Assembly: GCA_907165135.1 (NCBI GenBank)
Contig: OU015567.1
Location: 2,356,001-2,420,000 of the forward strand
Direction of reading: 5' to 3'
DNA: 64,000 nt
DNA from: Oikopleura dioica
Lineage: Eukaryota > Animalia > Chordata
Part shown: positions 13,245 to 24,530 of the stretch, in pieces
Layout: each line of letters starts with the position of its first letter
How positions within the stretch are numbered: position 1 is the stretch's first letter
Made by a program: the position numbers and the translations under genes
Notes under the pieces: model-generated
Database searches by the model: none
Told to the model about the DNA's origin: nothing
The model's input: only the letters and a program-made list of their open reading frames with translations

Positions 13245-15404
13245 TTAACAAAAAAAAAATCGTTTCAAAGCATTTCATTTTTCGAAGAATTAACATATTG
13301 ACACCCTTATTTTGGAGTGTCATGATAAAAGATGACAATTAATCTTTTTTCCTTTAAAAATATTGTAACGATTTGATACCCTTAGCAAAAAAAAAGTATA
13401 CTTCGAAGAATGAATCTTCCAAGATTGATTTTCGAGCCAAAAATCGATTTTCCGAGAAATCCGGAAAACTTGACTCTTTAACTTTTTGACGCAAACGAAA
13501 GTCTTGAAAAAGGGGTTGATGGAACCTGCGATTACACGTTAATGGCAGCGTCGCGTCTATTACGATTGCATCTTACGGAATGCACGACCGAAATTCCGAC
13601 CTTGGGCCAGACAAGTGCACTTTTCCAGGCTAACCCACTGCCCCCATTTTGAAATAAAGGGATTGTTAAATGCACAGCCAAATACTGATAAGCGGATTTG
13701 TCTTTTAATTTCGATAAAAAGAAAATAAACAGAAAATTTCGGTGAATCAAAAACTTATCAAGTTCATAAATAAAAAGTAAAAAGTTATTTTTATTTTTGA
13801 AGAACAAAACTTAAAAACAAAAAAGCTTCAAAATATTTTTAAAACCTCAAAAAACCATTTTTCGCTGAGAAAACATTAAAATAAGAAAACAACAGAAAAT
13901 CTTGAGAAATTTTCCTTTAGAAATTTTCTCTATCAGAAAAAAAATTAAAGAGTGTGAGAGCGTTTTTAGGTCAAAACTTTAAGTTCAATTTTCGACCACT
14001 TCTTATTGATAAAATTATCTGATTTTCGGTATAATAAATGTTTTTATTTTACATTTTAATATAATCAAAAGAAAGAAAAGAAAAAACAAAGATTTTCGCG
14101 AAAAAACGCCTTCGAATTTTTCGAACAAAAACGCTCACCTTTTGAGTTTCTGCCATTTTTTCGTAAATTTTTCTTTTTTTCTATCTCTCAAAATCACTCT
14201 AGGGTACTCCTCGTTCCATTCTTTTCCAATTTTTCTCAGTTTTTTCTCTTTTCGAAATTTATTTTATGCGTTTTTTCGCTATTTAAAGCCTTTTCTTCTT
14301 AATTTTTCTTCGTTAAAAATATTCGCTGAGATTTGATCTTTCCGTTGAGCCCAAAATCGTATGGAAAAACTTAAGGGGGTAGGGCCCGTTTTTCAATAAG
14401 CGGGAGTTGCGCTCTTTTGGAGGACTTTTTCTTCTCGCAAATTTCTTTCTCAAAAGAAAAAGCCAAAACGCGCTACTCCGTCGCTGGCCGCTCAAGTCGC
14501 ACCGCGGCGAATCGAGGCGGCTCCGCGGCCGCGCAAATCCGCGTTCCCGCCCGCGCGGGCCATTTTCGCCCGCGGAAAAAGCACGATGCTGCTGGCAGGG
14601 TCGGCCGGAGAGCTGACAGCCCCTCGTTGGGGTTAGCCAAACGATTGGGGATGGGGTAGGGGCGCGAAAATGCTCGGGAGACGATTTCTACTCGGCGGAG
14701 CGTTTTGCTGCTGCCTGACAGTGGGGTGTGGTGGCCCCTCGCCCGCCGTGACTCGACGCTATTGATTAGCACCCCGATCCACCCGCCCGCCACCATTTTA
14801 ACACTTTTTTTCAATTTACACCCCCTTCCTCCCGCCCAAATCCTCCCATTTTCGACACTGAAAAAGCTGTTAAAATTCCTCATCGAATGATGCTTTTTGT
14901 TTCCCAAATTTCCACCTACTTTTCTCGCTAGAGCCTGACAAAGAGGTAGAACCGGTTCGTTTACGGTGTGATTACGGATCTACCTGACGACTGCGATTAA
15001 CTGAGCGAGCTCGGGTGAGCCACTGGCCAATGACAAGCCAGGGATTACCACACCGGCGGGCACCGCACCGCGAAGCCGATTGCACCACACCAAAGCCCTA
15101 GAGGGACCAAACCCGCCACCGCCAGATTCGATCGAACCAAAAGAAAACGCGAAATAAAACGAAAATCGCCAAAACACCGCCAATGGCAGCACGGGTCAGC
15201 GCGCCAAACACTGACCCGCCAATGCGAACATGTGACTCATTCTATCAGTTTTGGAACTTGTCCCACTTTTCTGGAATTCGATTTTGGACACTGTTTCAAC
15301 AGGCTTTTGAAATATATAAATATTTCGAAACTCAATTTTTACGCATAGTTTGAGGCTCAAAATCCTCAGCCTTTGCTCCTGACGTTTGAGCCTCAGACTC
15401 TGCG

Positions 15405-15483
15405 GAAAACCTGAGTCAGGTTCTGAAGAGCTTTTAGTGTAGCGACTTTTCATTTGAGCTCTTCAGAACCTGATTCAGGTTTT
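15405..15483. repeat. 27-bp inverted-repeat hairpin with CCTGAGTCAGG core
   Basis: AAAACCTGAGTCAGGTTCTGAAGAGCT ... AGCTCTTCAGAACCTGATTCAGGTTTT, 1 mismatch, 24-nt loop. Confidence 0.75.
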
Positions 15484-16626
15484 ATTCTCAAGAAAAGTAA
15501 CCTCATTTTCGGTCTTAAATTCGTTCTTCTGATTGAAAGAACATCTAAAAAAGGTCAATTCAATATTTAACCGCTATAAAGTTCATGGATTCTTCTGGTC
15601 ACGTGATGTCCGACCTTTATGCATACATTTGCTCAGCGAATTAATAATTTTGGACCAAGACTTTTTGTCCTTTTGATTATTATTTTGTCTTCGAGTTGAT
15701 TGAACTGACGGAAGACGCTCGAGTTGGAAGTCTTTGGACGCTCGCGAAATGTCAAGACGCTGTCAGCTTACATAATCAGTTCAACACGTTGGAAAGACGT
15801 GCTCAATCAACGGCACGTGGACACCACCTGTCCAAGATTACACCAAACACTACTGACTTAAAGGAAACCGCAATGTTAGATAATGATACTCCACCCTCTT
15901 TCTTACACAATTTTTGCTTTTTAGAAGAGTTGGTATTACTAATAAATCAAAACAATAAATCATGGATTGAAAGTGTCAAAGTTTAACGTGTCCTTGCCTC
16001 TAGAATTCGACCGGAACTAGCAACTTGGACATCGCCAGGGCTGCTGAGTTGCGGTGTCTAAAAATGATCCCCTCATTTTTGCTTGTTCGAAGTTCGAAGA
16101 AGGAAGATGCCAGGAGTGTATGTGAATGAAAAAGAGAATTCTTTTCTTGAAATCATGAAAATTTGCGGCACCTTCGTAAGTATCCGACTTGACGTTGGTT
16201 GAGACGAGTTTCACCGGCGAATTTGAAAGATTTGAGCAATTTTTTCATTGAGAAATGAGTTTAGATTCTTGTGAGCGTCATTTTTCTACTGCTCTAGGGT
16301 GGGCAAAGTCCTTATTGAAATTCAAAGATGAGGAAATTTGAACAAAAAAAATTTCGAGATCTTTTGCCGACCCTAGTTGATAGGCAAATTTCTGAAGAAA
16401 ATCCTCTACTGCTGCCTTCCCAATCTCAAAGACGTTCAAAACTCAGGCAACCGAAACTCGAAATCTTCTAGAACACCTTCTACTGCTACTCCTGACAAAT
16501 AAACAAACAAAAACGTTCTCAAGATCAGCAATTGCCGTAGATCTTGATCGAATACAGTGATTTTAGAAAGAAAGAGTATTTATTGAGTGAACAAGAATTG
16601 CGAAAATTCTTCTCTTGGGTCTTCTT

Positions 16627-17100
16627 TTAGCAAGGCTGGACATCCAACTGCTTGGCGAGCTGGAGCATGACGCAGGCGCCGCAGAACATTGACATCAAGA
16701 AATCGCTGGAAAAGAATTAGTTCGAGAATATAAAGCTTGATTCTTACTTTGCTGGGGTGCCTTCGATTCCTTGCGATTCTCGAACTCGCTTTCGCTGCTG
16801 GCACAACCAGAACTCGATGAGGCAAGGGCAGCAAATGAGCTTCAAGAAACCATTGCTTCCTCCAGAGGCGGTTTCGATCTTGTCGAAAAGACAAAGTCCA
16901 CAGAAATAGGATTTAACCAAAAGACCGCAATCGTCAAAGCATCTTTTTTCGGATAAAAATCGTCGACATAATTCATAAAAAAATAATAGTTAAAAATTAT
17001 GTAAATTCAAATTTGAATTTCTATCCGTTCATCCAGTGACGGGGGATTTCCACTGACCTCCCTGAGCAGAGACAGTTGGTTGTTCGGTTACGACGGTCAT
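16627..17100 (-). CDS. PLAC8/cornifelin family Cys-rich protein
   Basis: Spliced translation MTVVTEQP..QWKSPVTG/CFDDCG..SYFCGLC..CCPC..QRKRVRESQGIEG..NDFLMSMFCGACVMLQLAKQL matches the PLAC8 pattern; the first coding intron junction is atypical. Confidence 0.82.
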
Positions 17101-17563
17101 GACTTTAAATTTCAATGAAGAAAAAGTAAAGAATTATTTTTCGTCTTACCTGTAGGTGAGAAGAAATGCAACTGAGAGTCAAAATAGGATTTTTGCAGAA
17201 GTGAACAACAATTCTAGAGCTGATGTTTTTTTTCTTGGAATTTTTGCATTCGAGAGATTTTACTCGAAAACACCCTCAAAATAGCGCCAAAAAAGTGAAG
17301 TTAAGGAAGAAACAACCTTCTACTGTTGACAACACAATTCTAGACTCTAGAATCTAGAGATGATGTTGATTTTCTATTAATTTCGCATTCGAGAAATCTT
17401 AAATCGCTGAAATCAAGGAAGAAAGCCTCCGCCGGAACGATCTAACTTTTCGAAAACAGCGCCTCCCTCGCCTTAGCCAATAAGCGCTGTTTATTTTTAC
17501 ATTGCGCAAGGTCGCTATAATTTCAAAATCGAAAAATCTAATAATTTGTCAGAAAATTGAAGA

Positions 17564-19012
17564 ATGACTTCGTTAGAGAGCTTCAGAAACGAGTGGAAGA
17601 AAGAATTGAGCGAGAAGAAACAGACAAATGCGATAGATTTATGGCTACAGGTAAATATCAACTCGTTTTTAACCTATTTATGAAGGTTAACCATTCGTTA
17701 GGTCCAGGTTGATTGATGGCTTTAACCAAGAAAAACACTATTTTTAACTTCGTACAGAAATAGAGTACCAAAAAACAAAGTAAATTCTAGAGATCAGACC
17801 CTTCTTCCACCCTTTATCATTTCAGTTTATCTGTAAACAGGTCAATTTCTAACTGTAATTCAGGCGGAAGCATACGAAGCAGATGGTGATCTCGGGAAAG
17901 CTATCAATTTCTACAGCCGCGCAGAAAAACTCGACCCTGACGTTTTTTCGAAAGTCCGTCAGTTCCGACCTGAACGAGTCAAGCCCGTCTTTGGCGGCGA
18001 TTACGAAAAAGTTTCAAAAACAAATCTCGAAGAGGACCTCAACAAAAACCTCGAATCGCTAAAAATCTCCACCGGCGGGACAAAAAACACTGGTGCATTT
18101 TTCGACAATCCAGATTTCTTGGCACAAGTTCCAAGTCGACCAAGCCTCGTCGATTTTCCGACAGAAGTGATTGAAAAAGTCATGCGATGTTTGGCATCGA
18201 GTGGGCATTTGATTTCGATTGGGAAGCTCTCCCTTGTCTGTAAATTTCTGTACAACCAAGCTGAGGATGAAAAGCTTTGGAAAGTCGCCTGTAGGAACTT
18301 TTTTGATGAAGAAACGCTTACTGAACTTTTCAAAATTCATGGGAACTATAAGACATGCTATCTGAATACTCCTAAGGTACCGTAAAGACAGATTGAAAAA
18401 AAACAATGTTCATGATTCATCTTCAGCCAAATCTATCAGATGGAGTGTACGTCGGGAAACAAAGCTATTGGCGTGAGGGAGAGCAGCGAGGATGGACAAA
18501 TATCGCTCAACACGTGACCTACCGGAGATATTTACGATTCTATCCGGACAATCTTGTCATTGTCGTCTGCTCTGCGGAAGAACCCAAATTCATTATGCGC
18601 AAGATTTTCTCTAATGACACGGGATACAAACGCATTATCACAAATTTACCATCTCTTAGACAGGTCTGTATCCAAAAGAAAGATGTTCGAAAACTAGCAG
18701 GAGTTAAATACGGCCGATGGCATTATTTTCCAACTGAGAAGAGGATCGAAATCGATGTTTCAGAAGAGTTGCTCTCAAAAGTTGAATATACGAAGATTAT
18801 TTTTTCGCTGGAGAAAAATGGTCGACAACTAGGACCGGCTTTCGAATTATTAAAATTTGCCACTTACAAACTTCATTTCTAGCGCTCGTATTTTGAAAGC
18901 CTGTACTAAAGATTGGGTCTACTATCGCTGCACGGAAATGAAAAGTAATCAAGAGAATTCTATCGAACTGCCAGTATCTGAATTTCCCTCGCTTGAGCTT
19001 TATCGCAAATAA
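17564..19012 (+). CDS. FBXO9: F-box only protein 9 homolog, multi-exon
   Basis: N-terminal FRNEWKKEL and TPR-like AEAYEADGDLGKAINFYSRAEKLDPD, F-box LVDFPTEVIEKVMRCL..LSLVCK..LWKVAC, C-terminal DGVYVGKQSYWREGE..YRRYLRFYPD..EEP; last exon (to 19012) inferred. Confidence 0.88.
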
Positions 19013-19076
19013 ATTGAGATAAACATATAGCAACAAAAACGTCCATGGTTTGAAAATTTATTTCTTCACGGAAATC

Positions 19077-20546
19077 TCATGAAAGAAAGTACCAAGCTAC
19101 AAAGCCAAGATTTGCAAAAATTCCAATGAGTCCACCGAAAATAAGAAAATAGTCGATTCCTATCCAGCAGTCAAATTTGAAGAGTTGAGGTTGAAGAACT
19201 GTTGCAACGTGAGAACTTAACAAAAAAGTCACTGACATATTCATATTGCTAGAATGATCAACCTGTCATCGATTTCTTCGATAGAATATTCCAAGCAGCC
19301 GTCGACATAACTTTTTCTATCATCGAGTTGATATTTCGTAGCTGCAACTCTCAAGCAGCTTATGACAAGTGGTAGAACAGTGATGAAAAAGTACTGTCCC
19401 AGCATCTTCATTTCATCCTTTCCAAATTTCACTTTACTTTCTCGCTGCTCTTTGATCAAATCCTTGTATCGAAGCGTCAATCTGATGAAGCTGAAAAGCG
19501 CGAGGGAAAAAGTAACGATTGAGCTCATCAAGATCGCTGAATTTTTCGTCGTCTCAAAGCCGTCGGGGTAGAAATAGTCAGTTCCACTGAATTTGTCGAT
19601 GAAATAGTACTGTAAAATTGTCTCTGGACCATCGTCGAGCAAATATGCAATAGAAGAAACCAGCATTTTCTGCTGAATATCTTCGTAAAAGCCTTCTCTA
19701 GTATTCAACCAGATCAGCATCGTTGCAGCTGTCAAAGGAAATGCTATGATCGCGAAGATTTCATAGACAACCATTGCTGCTATCGCGGGTTTTTGAAGAT
19801 GAATATATGTCGAATCGAGTGGAAAGTCGATGAGAAGAGCATTGATGTAGGCAAAGTCGGAGATGTAGTCGATGATGAGAGAGATGAGGGGAAAGAGAAG
19901 CGATCCATAAACTCGGATTCCCATAAAAATGTACGAAAAACGAGTGCTTGCGGCTGTTTCTTCTTCCCGCTAGATTTTTTTGTGTCAAACTGGAGGAGGA
20001 TAAGTACCTGGCTTTTGATCTTCAAAACTTTCTCTTTCCCTCTTTTCATAAAGACCAAATAATAAATAACAAACAGTAGCATCAATAAGCACGCTGCCAT
20101 CATTATCCATAGAAATATCAAGAATCCATTCACGAACCCTGGAAGCTCGGATGGTTTACATGTTGTCGAGTTTCTTATATCTTTAGGAAGAGCAAGATCG
20201 TTTGTACCATTATGACATGCTTGATGATTTTTGTTACCGGAAAATTTAGAAAAAAATTACCTAAAAGTCCGATTGATGTGTCAATTGGATAATTTCCTTC
20301 AAAATATTTCGTCATTTTGTCCGATTATCTCTACTGATAAAGTGGTTTTAAAAGAAACGCAGCTTATTTGTATTTATCTCTTTTTCTCAAACAAAGTCGC
20401 CACTCATGATCGTAAAATTTCATTGTTTCTCTTTTGCCCCGGAAAAGATATTCAAGAGCATCTTGAACAAGTTCTTTTCGATGCCTTAAACTTCCTTTAA
20501 TTTTGAAACTGAACAATTTTTGCCCGAAGGCGATGCGCTTCGGCAA
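19077..20546 (-). CDS. Uncharacterised multi-pass membrane protein (XK-related-like motif), multi-exon
   Basis: Several hydrophobic helices; IIDYISDFAY and LLDDGPETILQYYF motifs in ORF 19241-19924; final exon 19077-19212 inferred; 5' end uncertain. Confidence 0.62.
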
Positions 20547-20603
20547 TGATTACAATTTTCAGTCATGTTGATTCTAGCGTAGTTTGGAGTTCATTGACTT
20601 CGA

Positions 20604-21882
20604 ATGAATAGAATCATAAGAATCAGCATTCTTGTTCCTTTATTCATTATTTTATTCATCATTTGGCGACGAAAACACGACGAAATAAGAGACCAATATA
20701 AAGAAGAAATTGATGTTAAATTTCAATATGAAGAGAATGATTTGATTAAAGACGAGTTCAGGGTTTTCAATCCTGGAATTAAATATATCAACGGATCAGG
20801 TAGAAAGCCTTTGAAATTTTGATAAAGACTCTATTTCTCAGTTCTCACCGTTTTACGAGTCAACTGGTTGTTCAAAGATTCGAACCCAAATTTTAAAAAC
20901 GGCCGTTCCGAATGGCGCAAGAACAACTCCCTCATTCTAGCGCAGCTAGACAGAAATGGGCTTGTCACGAAACTTGTCCCCTTCCAGCCCTTCGAGGATT
21001 CCTACGACTGCGAAATGGATCCTGATTGGATTGATGGAGGCCACGGTCTTCAGGATCCAAGAATTATTTCTCAGAAAAATACGCTGAAAATACTCTTCAA
21101 TGCTCGAAATCAGAACAAAGAACCTTTTCAACCGTGCTTTGGCGATATCAAACGGGGGCTTTGGATGGCAGAACTATCCAAAAACCTTGAAATCATGAAT
21201 GCAGCTAGAAAATTAAGCGAAATCAGCTTGGGAAAATGGGATATTGAAAGAAATTGGACGCCAATTGATGATGAAAACGCAGAGGAAGAGATTTTTATTT
21301 ACAGTTTTTATCCAGAACTGATTGTTGTGAACACAACAGCCTCAGAGGTTGACTTCAAAATATTTCCAACCGTTGGGAAATTCGAAGACACTTTCAGAAG
21401 CGTCGCCGAAATCGCAAAAATCGACGCTGAGGAAGCGAATAAGAAGATTTCTCTACATGGTTCTTCTCCTTTGATTAGGTTAGCCGATTGTATGAGGCAA
21501 AAGTAGGAATAAAATCTTTTTAAGATTGAACAACGAAGAATTTCTGGGAATCTTACACTGTCACTTTGCACCAGAAAATGACGATTCGCGTGTTTATATC
21601 AATTATTTCTTCAAAATGAGGATTTCCACCGACTACGAATCCTTCCAAATAACCAGCTCGGGCTTCAAACCCCTCCCGCTCGTATACGAAATCGATGAAA
21701 AATTTGAAAAATTAAATCAAGAGAAAAAGCAGTACAGAGACAACTATCTGTCGAAGAATAAGATTGTTTTTGTGTCCGATATGACAAGGGTTGATGATGA
21801 GCTTTGGATCACGTATGGAGCTGGAGATGCAGAATCAAGATTATTTATACTGCCTGTTCAAAATTTACAAAAATATATTTGA
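20604..21882 (+). CDS. Type II membrane protein with putative five-bladed beta-propeller glycosyltransferase/glycosidase domain
   Basis: N-terminal TM anchor; introns at about 20800-20841 and 21479-21525 give a continuous frame; motifs FNPGI, QDPRII, ERNWTP, HGSSPLI, GILH, YGAGD. Confidence 0.65.
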
Positions 21883-22385
21883 GATGCTCCTGACGCAGAA
21901 GGCTTTACAACAAAATTCTTTGATTTCAAGTCTTCACATGTTTTTGATGATTTGATATACGATTAGATCATAAAACTCGAACAAAGAAAAAGCTCATAAC
22001 ATTGTTTAGTCAGTCTGACTCAGGGCAAACATCGGCTCGATTTGATCGTTTATGATGAAAGAGTCGGAAGGACGACTTATTTGGCTTATTCTAGATTCTT
22101 CTTGATGAAACATCATTGTCTTGTAGATGTCGCTGTATATTTACATATATAACCGACTTTTCAGAGAATGTAGTTTCTAAGAGAAACGATTCTTGAGAGC
22201 AAAAAAAACGTATTTCTTTGGGCTTTGCCCATAGAAAGTCTTTTTAATTTTTAAAAAGTTTGAGGTAAGTAGCAGAAAAAAGTAGGACACTATCTGTCCG
22301 ACAAATTCCGAGATTTATGACCGTCTGAAAATCTTGTTGATAATACACTATTCATTTTTCAAGCTTGTCTGCGAAATTTTGATTC

Positions 22386-22914
22386 ATGCTGTTTTTAAAG
22401 AGACTTTTTCCAAAGAAAAGGAAAATCACTCCCGATGAAATGGAGAGAAGAAATGAGGCCAAAAACAGGCTAGAGAACGCAAGAGTCTTTCAGAGAAATG
22501 TCGATGAGACAACAATTGCTTCGAGATTCGCCATCGATTCAAACATACGAAAGAAGCACAATGATTCGGATATCAATTATCAGGAAAGATTTAAAATCAA
22601 TAACTTTTGCAAAATGCTTCTATTAAATCAGTTGAAAATCTATTTCGAAGACAACGCCAACGACTCTCGATTTCAAAAACTTCATCCTCTCCTACTCTGA
22701 AACTCTTCAGCATCAATCGCAAAACATGAAAGTCATCGGCAAACTTCTCAAAGAAGACCATTTCTACGAATCTGGAGATCGAAAACGCGCTGAACAAAAG
22801 AATATCGTCCAAAATATGTTTGATGGATTTCGATACACAAACCCGCTGCTCAAAAATCTCGGAACACTAAAAATTCCCATTTCTGAAGGAAACAATTTTT
22901 TGCAAACTGAATAA
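22386..22914 (+). CDS. Uncharacterised small protein, two exons
   Basis: ORFs 22386-22700 and 22726-22914 join in frame through a putative GA-AG intron at about 22584-22650. Confidence 0.45.
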
Positions 22915-23202
22915 AACAGATACAATGACAGAGAAATAAACATAAATATTCTTTTTTAATACCCAATCGAGTCAGAACTAGCTTTCAAGCAAATATTCTT
23001 CATGATTCCAACGACTTCGACCAACCACTCGATTCGCTTTTTCCAAGCTCCTTGTTTACCGCAATCAGCAATTTCTAGAGCAGAATTATTGCAAATATGA
23101 CAGAGAAATGCATACCATCTGATTCAGTGAATTTCTCGACGAATTTACTGCATTGAGCTTGAAGTCTATTGATCAGCCTGAAAAAAAGGTTGAGAAAAAG
23201 TA

Positions 23203-23275
23203 AGCCTAATGCGGGGCTCGAACCCGCGACCGTTGGATTAAGAGTCCAACGCTCTACCGACTGAGCTAACCAGGC
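23203..23275 (-). tRNA. tRNA-Lys (anticodon CTT)
   Basis: GCCTGGTTAGCTCAGTCGGTAGAGCGTTGGA-CTCTTAA-TCCAACGGTCGCGGGTTCGAGCCCCGCATTAGGC folds as a cloverleaf with A and B boxes; T-run terminator follows. Confidence 0.95.
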
Positions 23276-23327
23276 TTGCCCTGAGGCGAGTGCGCCTTTC
23301 ATACGCCCGAGGGTACTTTTCTTAGTC

Positions 23328-23775
23328 TTACTTCAAATTTGAGCTTCCAGCTCGTTGCAAACCAAGCATCATCAAATCGTCCAAATCCTCCTCATAATCG
23401 ATATAAATCTCCACATCGCTTGATTCGCTGCTAGTAGAGTCGCTAAAACTGGAATCTGCATCATCAGAACGTCGTTTTCTCGAAGCATCTGGCTCGCATT
23501 TCCCTCGCGAGTGGTGCCAAATGGCATCGTCGAGGACTTTTCCGATTCGATGCTTCATTTTCGAAGCCTTCGAGCTTGGTGGTTCACAGGAAAGAGCTAA
23601 AATAATCGATTTTTATTCGATGTTTTGGCCTTGAAGTACTGTATCTACCTGTATCAATGTAGCTGAAGCACTTCTCCTTAACATCCGCTACAATTTTCTC
23701 TAGCCCGTTCTGAGCCGACGGATTGTACTGCCCCGCTGCCAGGGAAGCAAAAACACCAAAAGTTGAGAGTCTCAT
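23328..23775 (-). CDS. Lineage-specific secreted protein with RKRR site, two exons
   Basis: Signal peptide MRLSTFGVFASLAAGQ; GT-AG intron joins to LSCEPPSSKASKMKHRIGKVLDDAIWHHSRGKC..RKRR. Confidence 0.65.
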
Positions 23776-24261
23776 TTTTGGCTCGTGTTACTTGGTTTGA
23801 TTGAAATCAGCGAGAAAAAATGCCTAGGTTTGAAAAAGGTCGCGCTATGCTCTATGCAGGAGAGTTGGAATTCAGCGGTTTGACAGCACCAGATTAACTC
23901 ACTTTAGAAAATCTGGGTTTTTTAGAAAGATCATCTAATCTTTGTTCAAAATAGCTTTATAGGTGTTATTTTCTTTGGAAAAAAATGATTTCTTACAAAT
24001 CATGGTTGAAAATCGGCGTCAAGAAAACTCCAACAAGTCCTCCTCCCAGATGAATCGGCGAAGGGTCGTCGATTTCAAAATTTTCCAAGAGGTTTTTCGA
24101 GAAGATCATAAAGAGTGCCCCTAAAATTAATTTTTTGGACGAATACGGTAATGCATGCAGAAACTAATAACAATTGACTGCTCTCCTGATAAAAACGACA
24201 GTTTAATCGATAAACAAGACATAAAAAGAACGCATAATTTTGATCAATTCTCATTATTAAA

Positions 24262-24453
24262 ATGTTCTGCCTATTATTTTCTCTTTTATACCAGACTTTC
24301 GCTCATGAACTATTGATTTCTCATTATAAGTTAGAGAAAGATTACGACCCGTGGCGGATATTCGATTCTACAATCATGGAGAACTACTTGGAATCGTTAG
24401 AACATCAGATTTTTATGCAAAAATATGTGATGGGCTACTGGCCCGAGAACTAA
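24262..24453 (+). CDS. Small putative secreted orphan peptide (63 aa)
   Basis: Single ORF with signal-like N-terminus MFCLLFSLLYQTFAH; AATAAA directly after the stop. Confidence 0.45.
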   Translation: MFCLLFSLLYQTFAHELLISHYKLEKDYDPWRIFDSTIMENYLESLEHQIFMQKYVMGYWPEN

Positions 24454-24530
24454 ATAAATACAAAAACACATTATTTTTTTCTTACCGAAAGAGCCAATAA
24501 GCAGAGAACAACTCAAATTAAAAGCTTTTA

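Noticed and set aside
14970-14990. CTACCTG resembling the U1 snRNA 5' end
   Set aside because: No downstream U1 stems or Sm site; it is simply the complement of a splice donor
15696-16214. Short ORFs on both strands between the GC island and PLAC8
   Set aside because: No recognisable domain or consistent splice structure
23075-23302. 75-aa ORF
   Set aside because: Translates through the tRNA-Lys gene
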